A stretch of DNA of 64,000 bases from Bacteroidota bacterium (GCA_947496065.1 CANMBF010000001.1:5443-69442); one strand, 5' to 3'. Positions 43,785 to 53,528 are shown, counted from the stretch's first letter. The notes: generated from the letters alone by a model not told the origin. Program-made: numbers and translations.

Positions 43785-43907
43785 TTACATTTTACCCATT
43801 TCAACTCTTGTGCCTCTACCACCACCGCATTTTTTTGGTCCACCACAAGCGGTCATTAGTAATGTTAAGAACAATAAGGAAAATGTAAATATTTTAAAGC
43901 GTTTCAT
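43785..43907 (-). CDS. 40-aa putative lipoprotein (ORF below the track threshold)
   Basis: My own translation: MKRFKIFTFSLLFLTLLMTACGGPKKCGGGRGTRVEMGKM. It has a signal peptide plus a lipobox-like LMTA|C. Its stop lies 2 nt before the phosphatase ATG. Confidence 0.4.
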   Translation of the reverse strand: MKRFKIFTFSLLFLTLLMTACGGPKKCGGGRGTRVEMGKM

Positions 43908-44025
43908 GTTTTTAATAACGCAAATATTGTGCTAAAAATTGCACTGTACCAAATGAGCAAAGGAATTTGTTATGAAACGATGGCTTAAAGGCAAAAAATG
44001 TTCATTTCTATCGCTAAATTTACTT

Positions 44026-44033
44026 TAATTTTG
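44026..44033 (+). promoter_or_regulatory. -7 promoter box TAATTTTG, 5 nt upstream of the thyA ATG
   Basis: TAATTTTG-gaacc-ATG. Confidence 0.5.
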
Positions 44034-44038
44034 GAACC

Positions 44039-44863
44039 ATGTATAATCAATATGAAACCTTTTTAAAGCATGTTGTAGATCAGGGTGTATACAAAAGTGA
44101 CAGAACTGGGACTGGAACTAAAAGCGTATTTGGTTATCAAATGCGATTTGATTTAAAAAAAGGATTTCCTTTGATTTCAACAAAAAAAGTTCATTTAAAA
44201 TCCATCATACATGAACTATTATGGTTCTTGCAAGGCGATACAAATATTAAATATCTGAAGGAGAATAATGTTAGTATTTGGAATGAATGGGCAGATGAGA
44301 ATGGAAATCTCGGACCTGTTTATGGTAAACAATGGAGAAGTTGGGAAACCAGAGATGGTAAAACCATCGACCAAATTACAGATGTTGTCAATACCATTAA
44401 AAACAATCCAGATAGCAGAAGAATAATAGTATCTGCCTGGAATCCTGCCGATATTCCTAGCATGGCACTAGCGCCTTGCCATTGTTTATTTCAATTTTAT
44501 GTTGCAACGCCTGATCCATCTAAAGGGGAAACAAGGGGCAAGTTAAGCTGCCAATTGTACCAAAGAAGTGCAGATATTTTCTTGGGTGTTCCTTTTAATA
44601 TAGCCTCATATGCTTTGTTAACCATGATGATTGCTAAGATATGTGATTTAGATTACGGTGATTTTATTCACACATTTGGTGATGCCCATATTTATGCAAA
44701 TCATTTTGAACAGGTTGAACTTTTGCTTTCGAGGTCAACTAAACCTTACCCGGAAATGCGAATAAATAGCTCTGCAACTTCAATATTTGATTTCAAATTC
44801 GAAGATTTTGAATTAATAAATTACGACCCATGGCCCGCAATAAAAGCACCAGTGGCTGTTTAA
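44039..44863 (+). CDS. thyA: Thymidylate synthase
   Basis: 274 aa. It has DRTGTGT.S.FG, LWFL.GDTN, and the catalytic Cys in ALAPCH.LFQFYV, then [17 protein letters not shown]. Confidence 0.93.
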   Translation: MYNQYETFLKHVVDQGVYKSDRTGTGTKSVFGYQMRFDLKKGFPLISTKKVHLKSIIHELLWFLQGDTNIKYLKENNVSIWNEWADENGNLGPVYGKQWRSWETRDGKTIDQITDVVNTIKNNPDSRRIIVSAWNPADIPSMALAPCHCLFQFYVATPDPSKGETRGKLSCQLYQRSADIFLGVPFNIASYALLTMMIAKICDLDYGDFIHTFGDAHIYANHFEQVELLLSRSTKPYPEMRINSSATSIFDFKFEDFELINYDPWPAIKAPVAV

Positions 44864-44865
44864 TT

Positions 44866-45468
44866 TTACTTGTTTTCAAATAGCTTAAGACCCTTATTTG
44901 TTAGATAAGGATAGATTAACCCATTAACATAGTAAATGTAATCCTGCTTTAGTGATTTTCTATTTTCATTGTCAGCCAAATTCATGAAAAACATGTTTTT
45001 TAAATCGGCTTGAATATCCAATAGATAATTTATTTCTGATTCTCCAATATCTAATCTAAAAAGACCTTGTTCTTTTAATTCATTATAAAGGTTAAAATGA
45101 TCGGCCTTACCTGCACTAATAAGTTGTTTTAGCATGACTGAGATACTTGCATAGTTTCTAGTTATTTCAACGGAATCTTGGAAAAGAAACAAATATTTAT
45201 AAAGTACATCGAAGGTTAATTCAGGCGATTTAATTACCGTTTCTAATGTAGAATTGCCATTTCTAATGACCTTATTCGCTTTGTCCAATTCTTCCATCAT
45301 TTGAACACATAGCCAAGTAATGATGTTTTCTTTATTGGGATAATGATAGGTGAGATTGCCATAACTTATTCCTATTTTTTTGGCTATATCTCTCAAAGAA
45401 ACTGACTTGATTCCAGCTCTATTAAACATTTCAAGACTTTTATTAAGAATTTGTTCTCTTGTTTTCAA
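44866..45468 (-). CDS. TetR/AcrR-family transcriptional regulator
   Basis: 200 aa with a TTG start. The N-terminal HTH is F...G.KSVSLRDIAKKIGISYGNLTYHY.NKE. Confidence 0.75.
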   Translation of the reverse strand: MKTREQILNKSLEMFNRAGIKSVSLRDIAKKIGISYGNLTYHYPNKENIITWLCVQMMEELDKANKVIRNGNSTLETVIKSPELTFDVLYKYLFLFQDSVEITRNYASISVMLKQLISAGKADHFNLYNELKEQGLFRLDIGESEINYLLDIQADLKNMFFMNLADNENRKSLKQDYIYYVNGLIYPYLTNKGLKLFENK

Positions 45469-45473
45469 GGCAA

Positions 45474-45481
45474 CAAAAATA
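45474..45481 (-). promoter_or_regulatory. -7 promoter box TATTTTTG, 5 nt upstream of the tetR-like start
   Basis: The minus strand reads TATTTTTG-ttgcc-TTG. Confidence 0.4.
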
Positions 45482-45484
45482 ATA

Positions 45485-45506
45485 AAATTAGTCCAATAGG
45501 ACTAAT
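45485..45506. terminator. 9-4-9 perfect inverted repeat: terminator of the GT2/YfhO unit and/or TetR operator
   Basis: AATTAGTCC-aata-GGACTAATT. On the minus strand it is followed by a T-rich tract, and it lies directly upstream of the tetR -7 box. Confidence 0.5.
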
Positions 45507-45523
45507 TAGCTATAAAAACACAT

Positions 45524-46258
45524 TTATTTAGCTATATGACGCATGCTAATCACAAAATGGCTCCATAGGTTAGACAATAGGCCGTAATGCAATTGTAGAA
45601 CCTTAAAACGCTCCTTATTGCTTGCCTTTCTATGAATGGTAGAATGGCCTTCGAGGGTAAAATTAACGAGTGTAGCATTTAAATTTAAAACCTTTTGACA
45701 TTGCTTTAAACACCTAATCATCCAATCAATATCGGCTACATGTTTCCATTGTGTATTATAGGGCAAAACCAAAGATCTTTTAATAATGAATGCCTGATGT
45801 CCAACATTCATTCCCCGTTTAAAGGATGCCCACGTTAGTTTTTCAGGCAGTTTTCTGGTTGTTTGTTCCGAACGGGTGCCAATTTCATTTCCATCATTAT
45901 CTACCAACATGGTTTCACCATACATGGCATCCGGCATTAATTTTACACCCTTTAAAACAGCGTTAAGACTGTCTTCACTATAAACATAGTCGCCAGCATT
46001 TAAGAACCAGACATACGCTCCTGTGGCCCTTTTTAAGCCCTTATTCATGGCATCGTATATGCCCTTATCTGGCTCGGAAACCCAATTATCAGTGAGGGTC
46101 TGTTGCTTCAAAAAATTAGCCGTTTCGTCTGTCGATCCACCATCAATTATGACAATTTCAATTTCTGAATGAAACTGATTGGATTGAAAAATGGCTAAAG
46201 TCTTAGATAGACCCTTGAAATTATTATACGTAATACTAATAATGGAGAGCCTTTTCAT
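45524..46258 (-). CDS. Glycosyltransferase family 2
   Basis: 244 aa. It has SIISITYNN, IIDGGSTD, and the DxD-like NAGD. It overlaps the YfhO gene stop by 1 nt. Confidence 0.75.
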   Translation of the reverse strand: MKRLSIISITYNNFKGLSKTLAIFQSNQFHSEIEIVIIDGGSTDETANFLKQQTLTDNWVSEPDKGIYDAMNKGLKRATGAYVWFLNAGDYVYSEDSLNAVLKGVKLMPDAMYGETMLVDNDGNEIGTRSEQTTRKLPEKLTWASFKRGMNVGHQAFIIKRSLVLPYNTQWKHVADIDWMIRCLKQCQKVLNLNATLVNFTLEGHSTIHRKASNKERFKVLQLHYGLLSNLWSHFVISMRHIAK

Positions 46259-48765
46259 TAAGCTTTCACAAAGTATGATTTAAGCCAAAGCAATATGCTA
46301 ATACCTAAAACTATTAAAATTAACACCGAGATTATAAAATCTATTTGATCTGAATTTGCATTCCCTTTATCAAAATAACAAACAATATTGTGTTTACCCG
46401 CAGGAACAGCAATGCCCCTTAAGGTGTAATTTACTTTGTTCAACTTGGAGTCTTTACCATCAACCAAAACTTTCCAATTTTCATAATAAATTTCTGAAAA
46501 TACAAGATAACCAGCGTTAGCGTTGTTCACCTCGTATTTCATGGTATCGGGATGATAGCTGGTTAATTTGGCATAAGCCAATGAATCTTTTATAAAGGTG
46601 GTGGCCTTTAGGCCTTTATTAACTTCAAAATCTCCATTATATGTTGCCTCTAATTTAACATTAATGGTTTTCAATTTATCCATTTCTAATTTGGCATTGG
46701 CTGTGCCAACCAATTGGTCGACATACCACGCATTGCCATTGGCACTTGGGCGAGGTATTAAACCCTTTCTATTCAATGAATCGGCTCCAATAATATATTT
46801 ACAATTCAACATATCAAGTCCTGCATTTTGATATTCATTGATGGCAAGCATTTCAGAAATAATATCTTGGTAACGGCTTAATTTTGCTGGGTCGTAACCG
46901 CCAATTAATTTATGAAAAGCAGCACCCTCGTTGCTATTAAAAGGGTTATTAGTTAAATCAAATACTCTGTAGGATAAATCTTTATCTGCCAATATTTGTT
47001 TATCCACTTCATCTTCGGTTCGCATGGTTACTTCGCCTTTTTCAAACTGAAAATCTGACCAGTTAAGGTATCTCCAATCAACGCCTATTAAATCAATTGC
47101 AGCAAACGCACCTATAATGGCAATTGCTACCTTTTTTTGAATTTTGTTGGTATACCATGCCCACAATAAACCAAACGAAAGGGCAATGAAGAAAAAGGAA
47201 CGAAAAGCATCTGCTCGCATTAAGCTTGCTCTGTCTTCTTTAAGAATTGGGATTAATTCAGTATTTCCACCCTTTTTTAATTCTTCATCTATCGCTCCGC
47301 CCATATCAACAATACTTGGGCCAAACAATGCCATCAATAAACAAAAACCACCAACAATATAAAATGTCAGTTGGATGTTTTTCCAAAGTTTTAAATTATT
47401 TGCACTAGTTCTTTCAATTTCATTATTATCGTTTGATTTTCCATTGGTTTTTTTGACTGTATTGTTATTCCAATTGTCATATAATTCTTTTAAGGCTAAA
47501 AAGCCCATCAATGGCATTGTAACCTGCGCAATACAAAAGGCCATCATTGGTGTTCGAAATTTATTAAAATATGGCAAGTGATCAAAAAGAAAATCGTTTA
47601 CAAGACCAAAATATTTTCCCCAACCTAAAATAAATGAAATGAGTGTAAGGGCTAGAATTGCCCATTTTATAGGGCTTTTAATTACTATTATACCTAGTAC
47701 AAATAGAAAAATAATAATGGCTCCGATGTAGATAGGGCCAGATATAATATCCAAACTACCATGGTACAGAGGTAAGCCTTGATTGATTGCTTCGTCGTTT
47801 TGTGTTCTTTTGTAGAACGCTGAATTCGTAGAAAGTTTTTCTGCCTGACTACCACCATAGAAGCCAGGGATTAGGATTGTAAACGTTTCACCTATTCCAT
47901 AACTATATGAAAAAGCATAGTCCTTTTTAAGTCCATTTTTACCTGTTTCTTTTTGTGTAGCCGTATTATCAACTTTGGCTATATCATTACCGCCCCTCAT
48001 TGTATTATCTGCAAACTTTGACGTTGAAGTGATTTTACTTGAGTTGCTCAAAACACCAGCTCCAACTGCTATGATAGAAACTAATGTTGAAATTAAAATT
48101 GGCTTTATATTTTTCGCTTTAATTCCTTGAAGGATGTAGTAAATTCCAAAAACTAAAAGACAAATAATTGAATAGAATGTGACTTGGTAATGGAAATAAT
48201 AAATTTGGAGTGCAAAATTGAAGGCTAATAAAACCCCTCCAAATAAATATCGGCCGTTAAATAACCATTGAACTGAGGCTATCAAAGCTGGCATAAGTGC
48301 CATGGCCATAACTTTGGTATAATGACCTGCCTCAACGCTGCTAATGCTATAAGTTGCGAAGCCATAGGCAATGGCAGCAAAAAGCCCAAACAATGGTTTG
48401 ACTTTAAATGAACACATTAATAAATAAAACCCAATGAAAGATAAGAATAATATCTTAAAGGGATAGCTTGTTGAGCCAAAAGGACTCAAATAATTAAAAT
48501 AAGAAACTTCGTTAGCGCTTGGTTTGCCATATATTAATGTTGATGGCATCCCGGAGAAAATACCATTGGTCCATCCTGGCACTTGGCCTTCCTTTTCTTT
48601 ATACTTTACTATTTCTGTAGATTTAATAATTCCTTGTGTAACGTCCTCCTCACGGTTCGTGTAACCATTAAATGTTTTTATGAAATAAACATACCCTACT
48701 AAAAAGAAGATAAAGATTACCAAAAGATGAGGTTTAATGTCTTGAAAGAATTTATTGAAGTTCAT
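46258..48765 (-). CDS. YfhO-family polytopic membrane protein (putative glycan/lipid-linked sugar transferase)
   Basis: About 835 aa from ATG 48765 (MNFNKFFQD...). It has many TM helices in the N-terminal two-thirds, a large C-terminal soluble part and a terminal TM. The size and topology fit YfhO. Confidence 0.6.
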   Translation of the reverse strand: MNFNKFFQDIKPHLLVIFIFFLVGYVYFIKTFNGYTNREEDVTQGIIKSTEIVKYKEKEGQVPGWTNGIFSGMPSTLIYGKPSANEVSYFNYLSPFGSTSYPFKILFLSFIGFYLLMCSFKVKPLFGLFAAIAYGFATYSISSVEAGHYTKVMAMALMPALIASVQWLFNGRYLFGGVLLAFNFALQIYYFHYQVTFYSIICLLVFGIYYILQGIKAKNIKPILISTLVSIIAVGAGVLSNSSKITSTSKFADNTMRGGNDIAKVDNTATQKETGKNGLKKDYAFSYSYGIGETFTILIPGFYGGSQAEKLSTNSAFYKRTQNDEAINQGLPLYHGSLDIISGPIYIGAIIIFLFVLGIIVIKSPIKWAILALTLISFILGWGKYFGLVNDFLFDHLPYFNKFRTPMMAFCIAQVTMPLMGFLALKELYDNWNNNTVKKTNGKSNDNNEIERTSANNLKLWKNIQLTFYIVGGFCLLMALFGPSIVDMGGAIDEELKKGGNTELIPILKEDRASLMRADAFRSFFFIALSFGLLWAWYTNKIQKKVAIAIIGAFAAIDLIGVDWRYLNWSDFQFEKGEVTMRTEDEVDKQILADKDLSYRVFDLTNNPFNSNEGAAFHKLIGGYDPAKLSRYQDIISEMLAINEYQNAGLDMLNCKYIIGADSLNRKGLIPRPSANGNAWYVDQLVGTANAKLEMDKLKTINVKLEATYNGDFEVNKGLKATTFIKDSLAYAKLTSYHPDTMKYEVNNANAGYLVFSEIYYENWKVLVDGKDSKLNKVNYTLRGIAVPAGKHNIVCYFDKGNANSDQIDFIISVLILIVLGISILLWLKSYFVKA

Positions 48766-48848
48766 TTTGAAGTATAATAGCACAAACATAAAAGAAAAAG
48801 ATATTTTTTACTAAAGCATTTGATTAAAATTTAATTTAATTTGCAAAT

Positions 48849-50060
48849 ATGCAAAAGCCAATAAGGGTTGTACATTTAAGTGCTAGTGATAATGGCGGTG
48901 CCTATGTGGTTGCTCAAAATTTAGTGAAACAAATGCAAAGTGTTGGCATCGTTGCAGAACACCTGGTTTTTAGTGGCAAAAAATCCACATTAAAAATCAG
49001 CTTTTTGCCGATTATTGATAGATTATTCAAAACAGGATTGCATGTATTTGAAAAAATTATTCAATGGTTTTTTGAAAAAAACAAAGCGATTAGGTTTAAA
49101 TTTTCACTTGGAAAGCCTGGTATTCCATATTTTATAATTAACAACAAAATAAAATCTGCAGATATTATCCATATACATTGGATTAATAAGGGTTTTGTTG
49201 ATATTGGGGATTTAATTCGATTTAATACACCTATTGTATGGACCTGCCATGATATTTGGGCTGTTACAGGGGGTTGTCACTTAACCAATGGGTGCAATCA
49301 ATTCAAGACAGGTTGCGGAAATTGTCCAATGTTGGCAATGCCATATAGTCATGATCTATCAAAACAATTGGTATTAAAAAAAGACTATGTCTACAAAAAA
49401 CTGGATTTAACATTCGTAAGCCCTAGCAAATGGATGGATAAGAATATTGAAAATAGCTATCTCGGAAAAGACAAAGAACATCAAGTGATTACGAATGGTG
49501 TAAATACTGCTATTTATAACTATAAAGGCCTCGAAAAAAACGATAATATATTTGTCATTGGCTTTGTTGCAGCCAATTTAAATGACGAGAACAAAGCTTT
49601 ATACCGGTTAATAGAAGCAATTAAATTATTAACAGATTTACATACTTTTAAACTGCTTTTAGTTGGTAAAAAGAAAGGTGAATTTACTTTTGAAATTCCT
49701 TGTAATTATGAAATAGTTTCAGATGCGCATTCAGCAGATAAAATGGCTGAATTATATAATAAAATGGATGCCTTGGCTGTCACTTCCACACTAGAAACAT
49801 TTCCTACGACAATAATGGAAGCAACCTGTTGCGGGGTTTCTGTGATTGGTTTTAATGTTGGTGGAGTTGGTGAATTAATTATCCCTTTTAATGGTCAATT
49901 AATAGCCCCTTTTGAAATTGAAGCGTTTGCTAAAGGCATTCAACATTTTAGAGACAATAGGATGGAAAAAACCCTACTTTCTGAACACTCGATAGAACGT
50001 TATGGTATTCAAAAAATGGCTGATGCCTATTTGAAACTTTATAATGATAAACTTAATTAA
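48849..50060 (+). CDS. Glycosyltransferase family 4 (GT-B)
   Basis: 403 aa. The N-terminus is IRVVHLSASDNGGA. The C-terminal part, ...S..E.FP.T.MEA..CG..VIGF.VGG..E.I, is an E-x7-E-type motif. Confidence 0.7.
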   Translation: MQKPIRVVHLSASDNGGAYVVAQNLVKQMQSVGIVAEHLVFSGKKSTLKISFLPIIDRLFKTGLHVFEKIIQWFFEKNKAIRFKFSLGKPGIPYFIINNKIKSADIIHIHWINKGFVDIGDLIRFNTPIVWTCHDIWAVTGGCHLTNGCNQFKTGCGNCPMLAMPYSHDLSKQLVLKKDYVYKKLDLTFVSPSKWMDKNIENSYLGKDKEHQVITNGVNTAIYNYKGLEKNDNIFVIGFVAANLNDENKALYRLIEAIKLLTDLHTFKLLLVGKKKGEFTFEIPCNYEIVSDAHSADKMAELYNKMDALAVTSTLETFPTTIMEATCCGVSVIGFNVGGVGELIIPFNGQLIAPFEIEAFAKGIQHFRDNRMEKTLLSEHSIERYGIQKMADAYLKLYNDKLN

Positions 50061-51594
50061 TTATAATTCTCTGCGAATAAGATTTGTTGATACAATTTAA
50101 ACGAATAAAATAAACACCTGTTGCAACAGGTGTGGTTTCGAGTTTTAAAATACCATTCATTGGTGATTGTAAATTTTCTAGTATCAACTTGCCATTCATA
50201 TCTGTTAATTGTAGGGTCCAGGATTGATATTCATCCATTAGTTCAGCAACATTGATACTGATAATGCTTCCAAATTTAAGTGGATTTGGAAAAATATTAA
50301 TATGCTCCTTTGAAAGTTGCATTTCAATGACTCCATTTACCTCTGCGCAAGAATTAACATTAACTCGTCCAATGCCACTAGCACTATAGCTGCCATAAGA
50401 ATCTATTCGACCAGCGAATACAATTTTAGATTTATTAGCAACCACAAATGTTTCAATTGCTTCATTGTTGCTCAAATTAAAGCGTGTTGAGAATTCAGAG
50501 TTGTTTGCAAAATTAACATCAAGAGATCCATTAGTATTGAGTTTTTTTAGCAATATATCTGAACTAACTTTTGTTTTATACCCCCCAACATATATAGCAT
50601 CTTTACAATCTATTTGAAGTGTTATGAAAAATGATGGGCTACTAGAATAGTAATAGTAACCATTAGTTGAAAAAGCAGAGTCGGCAACTCCATTTTTATT
50701 AAATACAGCCACCAAACCAAAATATTCATTCGAAATGTTGGTATAAGCACCGCCACTTACTACCCTTCCATCACTCAAAATTCCCACACCTTTTAAATAC
50801 GTATTAGAGCCCTGGTAATTAACTTTTACATAGCCTTTAGAATTAAATTTCTTGTCTAAATTGCCTTGGGTATCCAAAACAGCAACAATTCCTTCGCATA
50901 TGCCATTTTTATTGCTATACCCAGAAACTGCAATTGTATTGGCCCTTAGTTCGATATCAAATAAACGTTCATTTTCGTTAGTAGTACTTAGAATTAATTC
51001 ACCAGAAGTTCCAAAATTTGATGCCAATGATCCATTTGTATTTAACTTCCAGATTGCGCAATTCATTTTACCATTGATGGTCTTATAGCCTGCTGCATAT
51101 ATTGAACCTTTTGGATCCACCGCCACATTCCATGCATCTGAATTGGCATTATTATCAATTATAGTGAATCCATTTTGCCCAAAAGTGTTATCAATTGTAC
51201 CATCGTTATTTAGACGCAATATAAAAGTTCTAAAATAGCTTCCCATTGAATTTTGACCACTAATAATATACTTGCCATCGCTCAAAGGCACAATACATCG
51301 GCCATAATCTCTATCATTATTTAAATCATTTTCGAATACCCCATTGGTGCCAAACATTTTGTCTACAGTACCGTTGTTTAAATATCGTTTGACGTAAATA
51401 TTATATCCACCGGTCGTATTATCATGCCCTAAGACCAATGTCTTATTTGAATTGTCTACACAAATACTATTAGAGGTTGCGTAATTTTCTTTAATCAAAC
51501 CTGACTGATTAAAGGTACTATCCGATGTGCCATTTTTTTGACTAAATGAGTCGAAAGCTGCTAAAAAGGCTAGAATTGATACTAAATATTTCAT
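50053..51594 (-). CDS. T9SS-secreted delta-60/beta-propeller-like repeat protein
   Basis: 513 aa with a signal peptide. It has repeated F(G/N/S)(T/Q/S)NG(V/F/Y) units (FGTNGV, FGQNGF, FGTSGE, FNSKGY, FSTNGY). The CTD is INIFPNPL...GVYFIRL......SQRIIIN. Its 3' end overlaps the convergent GT4 gene by 8 nt. Confidence 0.7.
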   Translation of the reverse strand: MKYLVSILAFLAAFDSFSQKNGTSDSTFNQSGLIKENYATSNSICVDNSNKTLVLGHDNTTGGYNIYVKRYLNNGTVDKMFGTNGVFENDLNNDRDYGRCIVPLSDGKYIISGQNSMGSYFRTFILRLNNDGTIDNTFGQNGFTIIDNNANSDAWNVAVDPKGSIYAAGYKTINGKMNCAIWKLNTNGSLASNFGTSGELILSTTNENERLFDIELRANTIAVSGYSNKNGICEGIVAVLDTQGNLDKKFNSKGYVKVNYQGSNTYLKGVGILSDGRVVSGGAYTNISNEYFGLVAVFNKNGVADSAFSTNGYYYYSSSPSFFITLQIDCKDAIYVGGYKTKVSSDILLKKLNTNGSLDVNFANNSEFSTRFNLSNNEAIETFVVANKSKIVFAGRIDSYGSYSASGIGRVNVNSCAEVNGVIEMQLSKEHINIFPNPLKFGSIISINVAELMDEYQSWTLQLTDMNGKLILENLQSPMNGILKLETTPVATGVYFIRLNCINKSYSQRIIIN

Positions 51595-51630
51595 ATGGTT
51601 TTAAATGAAACGAATTTAGTTTATTTAACT

Positions 51631-52383
51631 TTAGCAAAACAATCTTTGTCTTTTTGCTTCATAGATGATTATTGCAGCAGCAACAGAAACATTCATACTA
51701 TCTATTTTACCTAACATGGGTATTTTAATATTTGACTCTGAAAAGTTAATCCATTCGTCAGAAACCCCTGTTGCTTCGGTCCCTAATACAATAGCAGAAG
51801 CGCCTTTGTAATTTTGTAAATGATAATCTTCGGCCTTATGTAAATTAGTACAAAACGTCTTGATACCATTCAACTTTAACCATTGCATTGCATCTTGGCT
51901 ACTAGACATAGCAATTGGGACTGTAAAGACAGTGCCTAAACTAGCCCTAATAATATTGGGGTTATATAAATCAGTAGGGATTTCACAACATATAACCGCA
52001 TCAATTTTTGCAGCATCTGCGGTTCGGAACATAGCGCCTAGATTGCCCGGTTTTTCTACTCCTTCAATAATTAAAATTAAGGGGTTTGGGGGCAGTTTAA
52101 GATCATTTAATTCATTCCTCTTAGATTTAGCAATAGCTATTAAACCACCAGTCGTCTCACGATATGAAATTTTTGAAAATAGTTCCTTTGATAAAGCGAA
52201 TAATTCAATATTGGGATACTGTTTTTCTATTTGGTTTAAAAATATAGTATTGGCTAAATCCTTTTGAAAAAACAATGTTTCTAACTGAGCATTGGCAGTT
52301 ATGGCCATTTCAATTTCTTTCTCGCCTTCTATGGCTGTCATACCAAGACTTTTACGCGTCTTAGCCTTCTCCAAACTCTGCAA
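51631..52383 (-). CDS. TrmH/SpoU-family RNA 2'-O-methyltransferase
   Basis: 250 aa with an uncertain start (TTG 52383 or ATG 52341). It has GVEKPGNLGA..RTA.A, LGTEA.G.S, IPM.G..DS.NVSVAAAI..YE. Confidence 0.8.
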   Translation of the reverse strand: MQSLEKAKTRKSLGMTAIEGEKEIEMAITANAQLETLFFQKDLANTIFLNQIEKQYPNIELFALSKELFSKISYRETTGGLIAIAKSKRNELNDLKLPPNPLILIIEGVEKPGNLGAMFRTADAAKIDAVICCEIPTDLYNPNIIRASLGTVFTVPIAMSSSQDAMQWLKLNGIKTFCTNLHKAEDYHLQNYKGASAIVLGTEATGVSDEWINFSESNIKIPMLGKIDSMNVSVAAAIIIYEAKRQRLFC

Positions 52384-52437
52384 TAATTTAAATTTAGAAT
52401 TTGCGCTGCTCGATATTTCTATAACTGCTTTGATGGT

Positions 52438-53433
52438 TTATACTTTTAAAAACGCCTTTACTGATTCGCTGAATATTTTCTTTTTATCAGCATCCGATAT
52501 ATTCATGTTTTCCTCAATAAATTTACCATGTTCAAGGTCTCCTAGCGGAAACGGATAATCTGTGCCATAACAAATTTTATCCGCTCCAAATAAGTCTAAC
52601 AAGTAATCGAAAGTCTTGGTATCATGGGTTATCCCATCGACCCAAAATTTACCAATATAATCTTTTGGATTTCTTACATCATTTAAATTAACCAAATCAG
52701 GACGGACAGCCCAACCGTGAGCAATTCTACCTAAAGTAAAAGGAAACGAGCCACCTGCATGGGCAAACATTACGCGCAACTTTGGATATTTATCGAATAC
52801 ACCGCCAAAAATCATACTACAAATCGCTCTGCTTGTTTCAGCCGGCATGCCCACCAACCAAGGCAACCAGAATTTCTGAGTATACTCCTCTCCCATCATT
52901 TCCCAAGGATGCACAAATATGGCCATATCCAAGCTTTCTGCCGCCTCATAAAAAGGCATTAAGGACTCATCATCGAGGTTCATTTTGTTAATATTTGAAC
53001 CTATTTGAACCCCAGGAACACCGAGTGCTTTAAGTCTTTCCAATTCCTTAATAGCTAAGGGAATGTCTTGCATTGGCAAAGTTCCTAAAGCAATAAACTT
53101 TTCGGGATAATCACCTTGAACCTTGGCAATATGTTCGTTTAAATAGGTGGCCCACCAGGCTGTATCTTTTGGTTTTGCCCAATAGTTGAATAATACTGGT
53201 ACAGTGCAAAGCACCATTTTATCTACATTATGGGCTGTCATATCCCATAATATGGCTTCAGGGTTGAAACAATTTTGCTCTACTGTTCTGAAAAACTTAC
53301 CATCATCTCTCATCATGTTGGCGGTATTGGTTTTCGGATCTTGATCGAGATATATAAAACCTCCGTAACCAAATTTATACTTAAGATCGGGCCAATTCGC
53401 TGGCATTATGTGAGCATGACAATCGATTTTCAT
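52438..53433 (-). CDS. 2-amino-3-carboxymuconate-6-semialdehyde decarboxylase-like amidohydrolase (ACMSD)
   Basis: 331 aa from ATG 53433. It reads MKIDCHAHI.P..WPDLK.KFGYGG..., ...GTLPMQ, GVQIGS, FVHPW.M, KFWLPWLVGMPAETS.AICSMIFGGVF.K.PKL...FAH.GG.FPFT.GRI.HG, GTDYPFPLG. By memory it is colinear with animal ACMSD. Confidence 0.85.
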   Translation of the reverse strand: MKIDCHAHIMPANWPDLKYKFGYGGFIYLDQDPKTNTANMMRDDGKFFRTVEQNCFNPEAILWDMTAHNVDKMVLCTVPVLFNYWAKPKDTAWWATYLNEHIAKVQGDYPEKFIALGTLPMQDIPLAIKELERLKALGVPGVQIGSNINKMNLDDESLMPFYEAAESLDMAIFVHPWEMMGEEYTQKFWLPWLVGMPAETSRAICSMIFGGVFDKYPKLRVMFAHAGGSFPFTLGRIAHGWAVRPDLVNLNDVRNPKDYIGKFWVDGITHDTKTFDYLLDLFGADKICYGTDYPFPLGDLEHGKFIEENMNISDADKKKIFSESVKAFLKV

Positions 53434-53439
53434 GTCCTG

Positions 53440-53447
53440 CAAAAATA
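53440..53447 (-). promoter_or_regulatory. -7 promoter box TATTTTTG, 6 nt upstream of the ACMSD ATG
   Basis: The minus strand reads TATTTTTG-caggac-ATG. Confidence 0.5.
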
Positions 53448-53528
53448 CGTAAATTTATGTGTTCGAAGTGCTGTTATAGTTTTAAACCATTGGGGATATA
53501 GCATTTACTTGGTGCTAAATAAAATCAT

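Noticed and set aside
43578-43859. A 93-aa plus-strand ORF spanning the phosphatase start region
   Set aside because: It is antisense to the LMW-PTP homologue and to the 40-aa lipoprotein ORF. Its translation is low-complexity and has no start context.
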